Assembly (NCBI GenBank): GCA_964608955.1
Contig: CAZSQC010000001.1
Coordinates: forward strand, 6,959-64,371
DNA length: 57,413 nucleotides
Direction: 5' to 3'
Source of the DNA: an uncultured Planctomycetales bacterium
GTDB lineage: Bacteria > Omnitrophota > Gorgyraeia > Gygaellales > Profunditerraquicolaceae
This document shows positions 46,160 to 54,726 of this stretch, piece after piece (positions within the stretch are counted from its first letter, which is position 1; every line of letters begins with the position of its first letter). The translations under genes and the position numbers were made by a program. A model generated the notes under the pieces. The model did no database searches, was not told where the DNA came from, and worked only from the letters and a program-made list of their open reading frames with translations.

Positions 46160-47024
46160 CCATTAATTCCGGATGATAAGACAATTTTACTTTCCTTAAC
46201 CCTTCGATTCCGGAATCATCCATAGTGTTTATATATTTGTAACCCTGAAGCTTTTTCGAGAATTCACGAAAAATAAACTGCGCCAAGCCCTTAATTTCAA
46301 GATCGGCTACTTCATAGAACACACAGAAAATTTCTTTGTCGAGCGAGTATCCGAAGGTAAAAGCCTTTAGCTTTTTATCGATAAAAACCGCCCCTCCCTT
46401 AAACCCAAAATTAGCGTAATTTCTAAAGGAGTTTTTTAACACCAAAAGTCCGTCATCAAGCATCCCTTGATATACCGGGTCGGTATTTCCTTTTTTTCTC
46501 TGACCTGCCCAAGATTTGTAAAGCTTAATGCACTCCTGCGCATAATCTCTACTTAACGGCTTGTAAGCATGATTATAGTGTTTAGAGAAATAGTTATAAT
46601 TTGCCCTTTTGGATTTAAAATCATTTCCCTTAAGTCCTGTTAAATCCTCCCTGAGACAGATATAATCATGCGAATTCAAGATACACTCGCATCCTAATTT
46701 ACGGTAGGACGCAACGTCTTTTTCTTCTATATTATCTATATGGGCAAATAGAGGATTGTTATTAGCCTCTTTTAATATTTTAAGGGCGCCTCTTGTCGCA
46801 TCCGGGTTAAATTCATCTGATAGAGGCGGCAGATAAAGAAAAGTTCCTATTTTATCCCTGAAGAAAATACATAGGCACGCGTCGATGACCGCCCATTTTA
46901 TTTCAAAAAGCTCTCTCCAGGAGAAGATATTCGAGAAGGAATAAGTACAAAGCCAGTGCTTTTTGAGTTTTAAATACCTTTCGAATATTGCCTTGTCCTT
47001 TAAGGAGATTGCTTTCAAATTCAT
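46125..47024 (-). CDS. DUF2156 domain protein (MprF C-terminal, aminoacyl-tRNA-dependent transferase-like fold)
   Basis: 299 aa. Pattern ...YSFSNIFSWRELF...F(K)SKRANYNYF...F.EV.D...KGLAQFI is typical of stand-alone DUF2156 proteins. Confidence 0.65.
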   Translation of the reverse strand: MNLKAISLKDKAIFERYLKLKKHWLCTYSFSNIFSWRELFEIKWAVIDACLCIFFRDKIGTFLYLPPLSDEFNPDATRGALKILKEANNNPLFAHIDNIEEKDVASYRKLGCECILNSHDYICLREDLTGLKGNDFKSKRANYNYFSKHYNHAYKPLSRDYAQECIKLYKSWAGQRKKGNTDPVYQGMLDDGLLVLKNSFRNYANFGFKGGAVFIDKKLKAFTFGYSLDKEIFCVFYEVADLEIKGLAQFIFREFSKKLQGYKYINTMDDSGIEGLRKVKLSYHPELMVASYSARIKNG

Positions 47025-47521
47025 TAATCGCCCTCAAGCTCGACTATGTTTAAAACATCTTCGTAGGCCTGGAGTACTTGAGGATTATCCTTGAGCATAG
47101 TAAGGACTTTCTTTGAATTAAGAAGCTTTGTCAAACATAAGGCGTACTCCCTGAATTCGGGAGAATCTAACCTGTCTTTCACATACGGACAATTTATATC
47201 AACCGTAAGGAATATCTTTCCGTGTCGCATATTCAAAAGAAAAGGATAAAGTTGGCATTCGAACGGACGTATTTTATAAATCTGACAGTTATTGTCTGCG
47301 GGATTTAAAAAGGGGCATAAAAACAATTCTCCTCCCTTTTCCGGCACCAAAAGCAGTTTACGGCCTGCCGATATTGAAGCAGCCGGAATACCCGGCTTAT
47401 CTATCAAATCTAATACTTCTTCGTCAAGAAGACAGGGGGACCAGACAGATTCTTTCTCTTTGAACCTGCAGCATCCTTTACACTTAAGACAAAAATCCTG
47501 CGGGACAAATTGGCCTATCAC
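47024..47521 (-). CDS. YkgJ family cysteine-cluster protein (CxxCxxCC)
   Basis: 165 aa with CLKCKGCC near the N-terminus and a second Cys group, CPF...C. Confidence 0.75.
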   Translation of the reverse strand: MIGQFVPQDFCLKCKGCCRFKEKESVWSPCLLDEEVLDLIDKPGIPAASISAGRKLLLVPEKGGELFLCPFLNPADNNCQIYKIRPFECQLYPFLLNMRHGKIFLTVDINCPYVKDRLDSPEFREYALCLTKLLNSKKVLTMLKDNPQVLQAYEDVLNIVELEGD

Positions 47522-47838
47522 TTGACTATGCTCCCTAATTTCATGGCTCTATCAGGACTTACAATAGACACTCCGGAATCATCGCTTCCTGCCAATATCA
47601 TCCCCTGGCTTTCCACTCCTCTTAATACTGCGGGCTCTAAATTATCCACCAAAACCACAAACTTGCCTAATAAAGCCTCTTTTGAATATGAACTTTTTAT
47701 TCCGGCAACCACCTGTTTCGTCTTATCCCCTACATCCAGGGTAATCACCAGCAGCTTATCCGCATTAGGATGTTCGCTAACCTCTTTAATCTGAGCTACT
47801 TTTAACTCTAATTTCCTGAAATCTTCTATGGTCGCCAT
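47518..47838 (-). CDS. stand-alone tRNA-binding (EMAP/CsaA-type OB-fold) domain protein
   Basis: 106 aa. F.KLELKVAQIKEVSEHPNADKLLVITLDVGD...VAGI...LEPA.LRGVESQGMIL matches the tRNA_bind domain. Confidence 0.85.
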   Translation of the reverse strand: MATIEDFRKLELKVAQIKEVSEHPNADKLLVITLDVGDKTKQVVAGIKSSYSKEALLGKFVVLVDNLEPAVLRGVESQGMILAGSDDSGVSIVSPDRAMKLGSIVK

Positions 47839-47859
47839 CTTTCATCCCCCTGTTGTATT

Positions 47860-47868
47860 ATTATACCA
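47860..47868 (-). promoter_or_regulatory. extended -10 promoter element (TGGTATAAT)
   Basis: Minus strand reads TGGTATAAT, 21 nt upstream of the start codon of the tRNA-binding protein gene. GGGGGA Shine-Dalgarno follows. Confidence 0.4.
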
Positions 47869-47904
47869 CTAAAATTAAGTTAAAAAAGACTTATCGAAAA
47901 AGAA

Positions 47905-47931
47905 AATCCCCGCAGAGTAACTGCGGGGATT
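47905..47931 (-). terminator. rho-independent terminator downstream of tRNA-Asp
   Basis: 11-bp perfect stem AATCCCCGCAG / CTGCGGGGATT with a 5-nt loop. It is followed on the minus strand by TTCTTTTTCG. Confidence 0.75.
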
Positions 47932-47945
47932 AAGTTTATATTTTA

Positions 47946-48021
47946 CGGGCCCAACGAGATTTGAACTCGCGATCTTCAGATCGACAATCTGACGTGCTGA
48001 ACCAGGCTGCACCATGGGCCC
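47946..48021 (-). tRNA. tRNA-Asp: tRNA-Asp (anticodon GTC)
   Basis: Hand-folded 76-nt cloverleaf. Acceptor GGGCCCA/TGGGCCC, D stem GTGC/GCAC, anticodon stem TCAGA/TCTGA with loop TTGTCGA, T stem GCGAG/CTCGT with loop TTCAAAT. No encoded CCA. Confidence 0.9.
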
Positions 48022-48033
48022 TAAAGTGGACTA

Positions 48034-48062
48034 ATTATACGCATTTTTACCCCCAGCGTCAA
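48034..48062 (-). promoter_or_regulatory. sigma70-like promoter of tRNA-Asp
   Basis: Minus strand reads TTGACG (48062-48057), a 17-nt spacer, then TATAAT (48039-48034). The -10 ends 12 nt before the mature tRNA 5' end. Confidence 0.65.
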
Positions 48063-48078
48063 GGGGTTTATCAATAAA

Positions 48079-50112
48079 TTAATAATCCTCCTGGTCCCTA
48101 AAATACTCTTTCATAACCCGAAGAAATTCTTCATCGCTTTTGCCGCTACGGTTGTAATTTTTAAAGTTTTCTTCTGCCAATTCGTATTCATTTGTGATAT
48201 TTTCAACCCTAATCAAATTATCAAGGATATCCGGAGCGTCGATAAAACGTGACGCCTGCGTAAATACAGAGCCCCCCATATCCATAAAGGCTCTGGCAGA
48301 TCTGTCAATGTGCGGCTTTAAAAGGAACAGATTCTCTTTTGCGCGTGTAGAAGCGACATAAAAAAGCCGGCGCTCTTCTTCCAGCGATTCTTCGTCTTCA
48401 AGGGAAAGGTAGGAAGGTAAATGTCCCTCTGCGACATAAATCATAAATACCGTGTGCCACTCAAGCCCCTTGGCAGAATGAATGGTAGAAAGCGTAAGAG
48501 AAGAATCATCTCTGTCTTTAAGGCCGCTTTCAACTATGCCCCTTTCAGGAGGCTCTAAGGCCATATCTGTAAGGAAGCCCTCCAGCGACGCATACCTGGA
48601 AGCAATGCGCAGAAGAGACTCGATATCATTCAGTCTCCTATGATAATCATCGTATTTATTCTTAAGTAGCGGCTGATAATATTTAACAAACTTTTCTATA
48701 GCTTCTTCTGGCCTTAGGTCCGCTTTGTCGAATTTTGCCAGAATCCCAAACAGCTCCCTGACTTCCTCGTTCTTTAGGAGCTTACTGTCTTTATCCTTTT
48801 GGCTGTTTAAGTTTTCAATTATTCTTTGAGCGCTCTTAGGACCTATACCTGGAATAAGCAAAAGCGCACGAAGCCAACTTACCTGGTCATGAAAATTGTG
48901 TATAATGCGCAGGTAAGAAATAATATCTTTGATGTGCGCGGCTTCTACAAACTTCTGGCCTCCGTATTTGACAAACGGGATGTTGCGGCTGGAAAGCTCC
49001 ACCTCTAAATCATTGGAATGCCACCCGGAACGGAATAAAACAGCCATATCTTTTAGTTCCAGTCCTTCTTCTCTTAACTCAAGTATCTTTTCGGCAATAT
49101 ACCTGGATTGTGCATTTTCGTTTCTAAGATCAACGAATACCGGGAGCTTGTTTCCTTTTTTTCTGGTGAAAAGGTTTTTTTCAAAACCTTCTTTTGCCTG
49201 ACTGATTACCTTATTTGTAAGGTTTAGTATGGGCTGGGTGGTACGGTAATTTTCTTCAAGCGTAATTACTGCCGCATCTTTGAATATACGGGGAAAGTCC
49301 ATTATATTCCTGAAATCCGCCCCCCTGAACGAATATATACTCTGGGCATCGTCGCCGACCACCATAATATTCTTGTGTACGCTGGCGAGCAAACACGCGA
49401 TATGAGCCTGTAGTTTATTGGTATCCTGGTATTCATCCACCATAATATATTTGTACTTACCCGCCAACAGGCTAAGAATATCTTCATCGCTGCTTAATAA
49501 ATTTTTTAAGTACACTAGGAGATCGTCATAATCTACCAGGGATTTACCGCATTTATATTTCTGGTATTCTTCACGGATTCTTCTTATGTCAGAGCTAAAT
49601 TCCATGAATTGGGGATACTCTTCATAAAGGACATCTTCAAGCTTCTTGGATTTATTAACGCTTTTTGATATTACCTCCAGTATTGCCTTTTTTCTGGGAA
49701 ACCTTTTTTCCGTCTTGTTAAACCCTAACTGGGTACGTATCAGATTAACGGTATCCTGCGCATCAGACTCATCTAGAATGGTAAAGTTCGCAGATAGGCC
49801 GAGCCTTTTCGCATATCTCCTTAAGATACTATTGGCAAACGAATGGAAAGTCCCCCCTGAAACCCTTGAACACCGGTTATCAAGTAACAAAGAAGCCCTT
49901 CTTAACATCTCTTCTGCAGCTCTCCTGGTAAAAGTAAGAAGAAGTATCTCTCCCGGGTCAACCCCTTTTTCTACTAGATAAGCAACCCGATGCACTAAGA
50001 CACGCGTCTTACCGCTACCTGCGCCGGCAATAACAAGATACGCTCCAGAAATAGATTCTACTGCTTTTAGCTGAGCCAAATTAAGCTCTTTTTTATAATC
50101 TATCTTTGCCAT
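48079..50112 (-). CDS. UvrD/PcrA/Rep family ATP-dependent DNA helicase
   Basis: 677 aa. Walker A AGAGSGKT, DEYQDT, and further SF1 helicase motifs. Confidence 0.9.
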   Translation of the reverse strand: MAKIDYKKELNLAQLKAVESISGAYLVIAGAGSGKTRVLVHRVAYLVEKGVDPGEILLLTFTRRAAEEMLRRASLLLDNRCSRVSGGTFHSFANSILRRYAKRLGLSANFTILDESDAQDTVNLIRTQLGFNKTEKRFPRKKAILEVISKSVNKSKKLEDVLYEEYPQFMEFSSDIRRIREEYQKYKCGKSLVDYDDLLVYLKNLLSSDEDILSLLAGKYKYIMVDEYQDTNKLQAHIACLLASVHKNIMVVGDDAQSIYSFRGADFRNIMDFPRIFKDAAVITLEENYRTTQPILNLTNKVISQAKEGFEKNLFTRKKGNKLPVFVDLRNENAQSRYIAEKILELREEGLELKDMAVLFRSGWHSNDLEVELSSRNIPFVKYGGQKFVEAAHIKDIISYLRIIHNFHDQVSWLRALLLIPGIGPKSAQRIIENLNSQKDKDSKLLKNEEVRELFGILAKFDKADLRPEEAIEKFVKYYQPLLKNKYDDYHRRLNDIESLLRIASRYASLEGFLTDMALEPPERGIVESGLKDRDDSSLTLSTIHSAKGLEWHTVFMIYVAEGHLPSYLSLEDEESLEEERRLFYVASTRAKENLFLLKPHIDRSARAFMDMGGSVFTQASRFIDAPDILDNLIRVENITNEYELAEENFKNYNRSGKSDEEFLRVMKEYFRDQEDY

Positions 50113-50115
50113 AAA

Positions 50116-53100
50116 TTATTCTTTTTCTTTCTGGCTTTGTTTTTCTTCGATAAGCTTCTGGGTTATTTCCTGGGGGACCTGAAGGTACTTAGAGAATTCC
50201 ATGGTGGCATTTGCGCGGCCCGAAGATAAAGAACGAAAGGCTGTGGCATAACCGAACATCTCCGACAAAGGAACTTCTGCGGAGATTATCTTCTGTTTTC
50301 CCTTAGCATCCATATTAAGTATTTTACCCCTGCGAGAGCATATATACCCTACACACGCATTTACGTGCTCTTCCGGCGTAGCTACCTCCAAAGACATATA
50401 AGGCTCCAGGAGAATAGGCTTAGCTTTCATAAAAGCATCTTTGAATCCGAAAATACCGGCCATCTTAAAAGCTATTTCCGAAGAATCGACTTCGTGAAAA
50501 GAACCGTCGTAAAGTTCGACTTTTAAGTCCACCACCGGATACCCCACAAAAACACCTTTTTGCATTGCGTCAATAACCCCTTTCTCAACCGCGGGGATAA
50601 ATGAACGTGGAATCGCCCCTCCTTTTATGGAATCAATAAATTCAAAACCCTTTCCTGCTTCAGAGGGAATTAATTTCATTAAGGCATGCCCGTATTGCCC
50701 CCTTCCCCCGGACTGCTTGATATATTTACCCTCTCCCTGTGCTTCCTGGGTTATGGTTTCACGGTAAGCTACCTTGGGCTTACCTACTATTGCTTCTACC
50801 CCGAACTCCTCCTTCAACCTGTCTACTATAATCTCCAAATGCAATTCCCCCATTCCGGTCAAGACAACTTCTTTGGTTTCTTCGTCGGTATGTACAAGAA
50901 AAGTAGGGTCTTCCTCGGTCAACTTTGCTAACCCCTTGCCGAGCTTCTCCTGGTCTGAACGGCTTTTAGGCGCGATACTCAATGAAACAACAGGCGTAGG
51001 AAACTGAATCGCTTCCAATAAAACCGGAGACTTAGGATCGCAAAGAGTATCTCCAGTTATTGTATTGCTTAATCCTACTACCGCTACAATATCTCCCGCA
51101 AATGCGCAATCAATGTTCTCGCGCTGGTTAGCATGCATTTGCACGATGCGGGCCACTCTCTCTTTTTTATTCTTAGTAGAATTCAAAACATAGGTGCCTG
51201 TCTGAAGGCACCCGGAATAGACCCTGACATATACGAGTTTTCCCATGTGCAAGTCTGCCTGCACCTTAAAGGCTAACCCCGAAAAAGCTTCATCGGAATC
51301 TGCCTTGCGTAAAATAATATTTTCTTTATCCTCGATATCATGCCCTTCGACTGCCGGTAAATCCAAAGGAGAAGGCAAAAACATAGTAATGGCGTCCAGC
51401 AGCTTTTGGATGCCTTTGTTCTTAAATGCAGAACCGCACATAACCGGAACAGCCTTATTTGCCACCGTTCCTTTTCTAAGCGCCGAAATAATTTCCTGGG
51501 CAGAGATAGCGCCTTCCCCTTGTTCCAGATACCTCTTCATCATCTCCTCATCAAAAGCAGCAGACTTTTCTAACATAATATGCCGGAATTCTTTTGCTTT
51601 CTCCAGATAATCTTGCGGTATCTCTTCGATGCGGAATTCTTTACCCTGGGACTCTTCTTCATACAAATAGGCTTTCATCTCTATCAGGTCAATTACCCCT
51701 TTAAAGTTTTCTTCGCTCCCCAGCGGTATTTCTATCGGAACAGGGTTTCCTCCCAGGTCATCACTAATGCCTTTTAACACCGCGAAGAAATCCGCTCCGG
51801 TACGGTCCATTTTATTTACAAACCCGATTTTAGGAACATTATATTTATTAGACTGGTGCCAGACTGTCTCAGACTGCGGCTCAATACCTCCTACTGCGCA
51901 AAAAACAGCTACTGCCCCGTCAAGAACCCGCAAAGACCTTTCAACTTCAACGGTAAAATCAACGTGGCCCGGGGTATCAATAATATTAATACGATGGTCT
52001 TTCCAAAAACAGGTGGTGGCTGCAGCCGTAATAGTAATACCTCTTTCCTGCTCCTGTTTCATCCAGTCCATAGTCGCCGCTCCCTCATGCACTTCTCCTA
52101 GTTTATGGGAACGCCCGGTGTAAAATAATATTCTTTCGGTAGTAGTGGTCTTACCCGCGTCTATATGTGCCATGATTCCGATATTGCGCGTCTTATCAAG
52201 CTCGTATTTAGGCTTTGGATGCCCCTCTTGAGCCGTAATCTCTACACCAGTATCTTCTTCTACAGCCTCTTTTTCCTCCTGTAATAAGGTCTCCTTTTCC
52301 TCCCCGGGCTCTTGATCTTCAAGCTCTTTTTCTACAGGGCCTTCTTCAAGAGGCGCGGTTTTTTCTACCGGCTGCGCTTTAATCTCCTCTATATTAACCA
52401 CAGTAGAAGCTAAATCTACCCCGGGCTTATTACTCTCTTGCGACTTAACCCCTGCTTCTAATTCCTTCTTTAATCTTGAAATTTCAAGAACAAGTTCCTG
52501 ATATTGGGAGTCCTTTACTTCCAGCTCCTTTTCGAGTTCCGTATATTCTTCGTTCAATCTGTTAAACTCTGCCTTAGGAACCCACTCGCTTATTTTTTCT
52601 TTATTCTTAAGCTCTTCGATTGTTTTAAGGTATAACTTAATATCCTGTTCGTTTTTCTCAATCCGGTGCCTCTGTATCTCAATCTGCTCTCCCTGTTCTT
52701 TTATCTTATTATTAAGCTCCCCTATCTTAATATTAAGCTCCCTGCTTTCTTTCTGTAAGTTAACATTTTTAGTGAATTCTTCCTGGGATTCTTTTTCCTT
52801 TTCAAGAAACCTGTTCTTAAATTCCAGGCTTTCGGCTTTGGCTTTGTTTAACATCTCCTCCGAAGCTGCTACCCAATTCTGCCTGCGCAATAACTCCTGT
52901 TTTACCTCTTCATACTTACCTACTGCCTCCTGAAACTTCATCCTCTCTGACTCATCAACATTCTTTTGTTTTTCGAGCTCTTCTTCAAGCAGCTTAAGTT
53001 GGGATTCAAGTTTTATTATTTTTTGTTCGCGGAAATCGGAGAATGAATCAAGGGTAAGTGTCTGATTCTTTTTTTTACGTTTATTTTGGGTTTGGCTTGA

Positions 53101-53181
53101 ATTCGGAGAAAACACGATGAAAAGTGCGTAGAGAATGAGCCCTGCCGCAGGAATAAGTATTATAAAACCGAGATTGTCCAT
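50116..53181 (-). CDS. fusA: elongation factor G with roughly 325 aa N-terminal TM helix + coiled-coil + acidic linker extension
   Basis: Single 1021 aa ORF. Residues about 326-1021 are a complete EF-G ([36 protein letters not shown]). Residues 5-24 are hydrophobic ([20 protein letters not shown]). Residues about 50-250 are heptad-like and E/K/L/Q-rich. No in-frame ATG/GTG/TTG is seen near the junction (about 52209). Confidence 0.8.
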   Translation of the reverse strand: MDNLGFIILIPAAGLILYALFIVFSPNSSQTQNKRKKKNQTLTLDSFSDFREQKIIKLESQLKLLEEELEKQKNVDESERMKFQEAVGKYEEVKQELLRRQNWVAASEEMLNKAKAESLEFKNRFLEKEKESQEEFTKNVNLQKESRELNIKIGELNNKIKEQGEQIEIQRHRIEKNEQDIKLYLKTIEELKNKEKISEWVPKAEFNRLNEEYTELEKELEVKDSQYQELVLEISRLKKELEAGVKSQESNKPGVDLASTVVNIEEIKAQPVEKTAPLEEGPVEKELEDQEPGEEKETLLQEEKEAVEEDTGVEITAQEGHPKPKYELDKTRNIGIMAHIDAGKTTTTERILFYTGRSHKLGEVHEGAATMDWMKQEQERGITITAAATTCFWKDHRINIIDTPGHVDFTVEVERSLRVLDGAVAVFCAVGGIEPQSETVWHQSNKYNVPKIGFVNKMDRTGADFFAVLKGISDDLGGNPVPIEIPLGSEENFKGVIDLIEMKAYLYEEESQGKEFRIEEIPQDYLEKAKEFRHIMLEKSAAFDEEMMKRYLEQGEGAISAQEIISALRKGTVANKAVPVMCGSAFKNKGIQKLLDAITMFLPSPLDLPAVEGHDIEDKENIILRKADSDEAFSGLAFKVQADLHMGKLVYVRVYSGCLQTGTYVLNSTKNKKERVARIVQMHANQRENIDCAFAGDIVAVVGLSNTITGDTLCDPKSPVLLEAIQFPTPVVSLSIAPKSRSDQEKLGKGLAKLTEEDPTFLVHTDEETKEVVLTGMGELHLEIIVDRLKEEFGVEAIVGKPKVAYRETITQEAQGEGKYIKQSGGRGQYGHALMKLIPSEAGKGFEFIDSIKGGAIPRSFIPAVEKGVIDAMQKGVFVGYPVVDLKVELYDGSFHEVDSSEIAFKMAGIFGFKDAFMKAKPILLEPYMSLEVATPEEHVNACVGYICSRRGKILNMDAKGKQKIISAEVPLSEMFGYATAFRSLSSGRANATMEFSKYLQVPQEITQKLIEEKQSQKEKE

Positions 53182-53184
53182 AAA

Positions 53185-54489
53185 TTAAACAGCTTTGCCC
53201 CGCAACTTCTCCATGCGCTCTTTAATCTTAGCCTCAAAACCCAAACCGGCAGGCTCATAATAACGCACTTTTTTGCGGGTATATTTCTGCTTTACATAAT
53301 GCCCTTCGTAGTCATGGGCGTATTTATATTCTTTGCCGTGCCCCAGCCTTTCTCCGTCCACTGAAGAATCCTTTAAATGGTCGGGGACTTCCTGAACTTT
53401 ATTATTCTCTATATCTTTCATTGCTTTGTCAATAGCAAGATAACTGGCATTTGATTTGGGCGCACAGGATACATAAATTACCGCCTGCGCCAAAGGTATG
53501 CGGGCCTCCGGCATGCCTACAAATTCGCAAACACCCAAAGCGGAGTTTGCCAAAACCAAAGCTAACGGGTCTGCGTTTCCGACATCCTCTGCCGCTAATA
53601 TACAGACCCTGCGCGCGATAAACCTTATATCTTCTCCCGCATAAAGCATTTTAGCCATCCAGTAAAGTGCGGCATCCGGATCGCTTCCGCGCATAGATTT
53701 TATAAAAGCTGAAGCACTGTCATAATGGCCGTCTTCATCTTTATCATATACCACCGGCTTCTTCTGAATAGAATCTGCGGCAACCTCCAGGCTAAAGTTA
53801 ATAACATCGCCCTTTGTTTTAGGGGTAGTTAGAATTCCCACTTCAAGAGCGTTAAGCGCCCTCCTGGCATCCCCTTCGCATACCCGGGATAAAAACTCCA
53901 GAGCCTTCTTATCTGTTTTTATCTTCATTTCCTTTAGGATAACGTCATTTTCTACGGCGCGGTTTAGTATAGTTATAATTTCTTCCTGCTTTAAGGGTTT
54001 TAATTCGCAGACTAGAGAGCGCGACAGAAGGGGAGAAACTAAAGAAAAAAACGGATTATGCACCGTTGCTCCGATTAGGATTGGATTTCCATCTTCTATA
54101 TCCGGAAGAAGGACATCCTGCTGAGACTTGTTAAAACGGTGGATTTCATCAATGAACAAAACGCTTTTGTTATTTGAAGTTGCCTTCCTCTGCTTAGCAA
54201 TACCGATCATCTTGCGTAATTCATCGACGCTGGAAGAGGTGGCATTTATCTGCATAAAATAAGACTTGGTTTTACTTGCGATGCATTGCGCCAGTGATGT
54301 CTTTCCTATACCGGGAGGGCCAAATAATATAAGAGAGCTTAAGCGGTCTGCCTCAACAGACCGTCTTAACAGTTTACCCTTACCCAAAATATGCGCCTGG
54401 CCGACAAAAGAATCCAGATCCTTAGGGCGCATCCTTACCGAAAGAGGCAAACTGTTTGAATCCGTCTTGTTTTCTTCAAAAAAATCCAT
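53185..54489 (-). CDS. rarA: replication-associated recombination protein A (RarA/MgsA AAA ATPase)
   Basis: 434 aa. GPPGIGKTS, FIDEIHRFNK and C-terminal MgsA domain motifs. Confidence 0.95.
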   Translation of the reverse strand: MDFFEENKTDSNSLPLSVRMRPKDLDSFVGQAHILGKGKLLRRSVEADRLSSLILFGPPGIGKTSLAQCIASKTKSYFMQINATSSSVDELRKMIGIAKQRKATSNNKSVLFIDEIHRFNKSQQDVLLPDIEDGNPILIGATVHNPFFSLVSPLLSRSLVCELKPLKQEEIITILNRAVENDVILKEMKIKTDKKALEFLSRVCEGDARRALNALEVGILTTPKTKGDVINFSLEVAADSIQKKPVVYDKDEDGHYDSASAFIKSMRGSDPDAALYWMAKMLYAGEDIRFIARRVCILAAEDVGNADPLALVLANSALGVCEFVGMPEARIPLAQAVIYVSCAPKSNASYLAIDKAMKDIENNKVQEVPDHLKDSSVDGERLGHGKEYKYAHDYEGHYVKQKYTRKKVRYYEPAGLGFEAKIKERMEKLRGKAV

Positions 54490-54506
54490 CTTCCTGCCTT
54501 GTGGTT

Positions 54507-54690
54507 AAAAAAAATCCCCGCTCTTGTGCCGTTGGACTGAATAGCTTGAACCAGATTGGTTAAGGTGGGTGCCCTCTCTTTAAGAGCCAAAACTCTTAAA
54601 AGAATATAGGCTCCCTTGATATTTTTGTTGGTTCAAAAATTATCAAAATTCCAACGCGCACAGCAGGGATTTAAAAGAACAATTATTTCT
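54507..54690 (-). ncRNA. candidate roughly 184 nt structured sRNA, long imperfect rod (6S RNA-like architecture)
   Basis: Own promoter just upstream. Closing helix AAAUCCCUGCU-GUGC-GUUGGA (54675-54651) pairs with UCCAAC-GCAC-AGCGGGGAUUU (54536-54512), giving 21 bp with small bulges. Inner 8-bp helix UUGAACCA/UGGUUCAA, terminal hairpin UUUAAGAG/CUCUUAAA, and a U8 tract at the 3' end. Confidence 0.45.
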
Positions 54691-54696
54691 AAGGAA

Positions 54697-54724
54697 AGTA
54701 TAGCACATATTTCTGAAAAGTCAA
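54697..54724 (-). promoter_or_regulatory. sigma70-like promoter of the candidate sRNA
   Basis: Minus strand reads TTGACT (54724-54719), a 16-nt spacer, then TATACT (54702-54697). It lies immediately after the pheT stop codon. Confidence 0.55.
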
Positions 54725-54726
54725 CC

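Noticed and set aside
47839-48078. tRNA-Asp as an integration hotspot for a genomic island or prophage
   Set aside because: No integrase, recombinase or phage-like ORFs flank it, and no repeat of the tRNA 3' end was seen nearby. The flanking genes are ordinary housekeeping genes. The tRNA has its own clean promoter and terminator.
31801-53181. Two EF-G genes as an assembly duplication
   Set aside because: The two proteins differ throughout (for example GHAQSGKTT versus AHIDAGKTT, and 650 aa versus a 696 aa core). They are diverged paralogs, not duplicated sequence.
54507-54690. SRP (4.5S) RNA, tmRNA, RNase P RNA or a riboswitch in the pheT-rarA spacer
   Set aside because: I could not find the conserved SRP domain IV GNRA-loop and AGGA-type motif, a tRNA-like end with resume codon, or P4-type elements. 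The length and simple rod shape fit none of them. A 6S-like or novel sRNA remains the working call, and only a covariance-model search can settle it.
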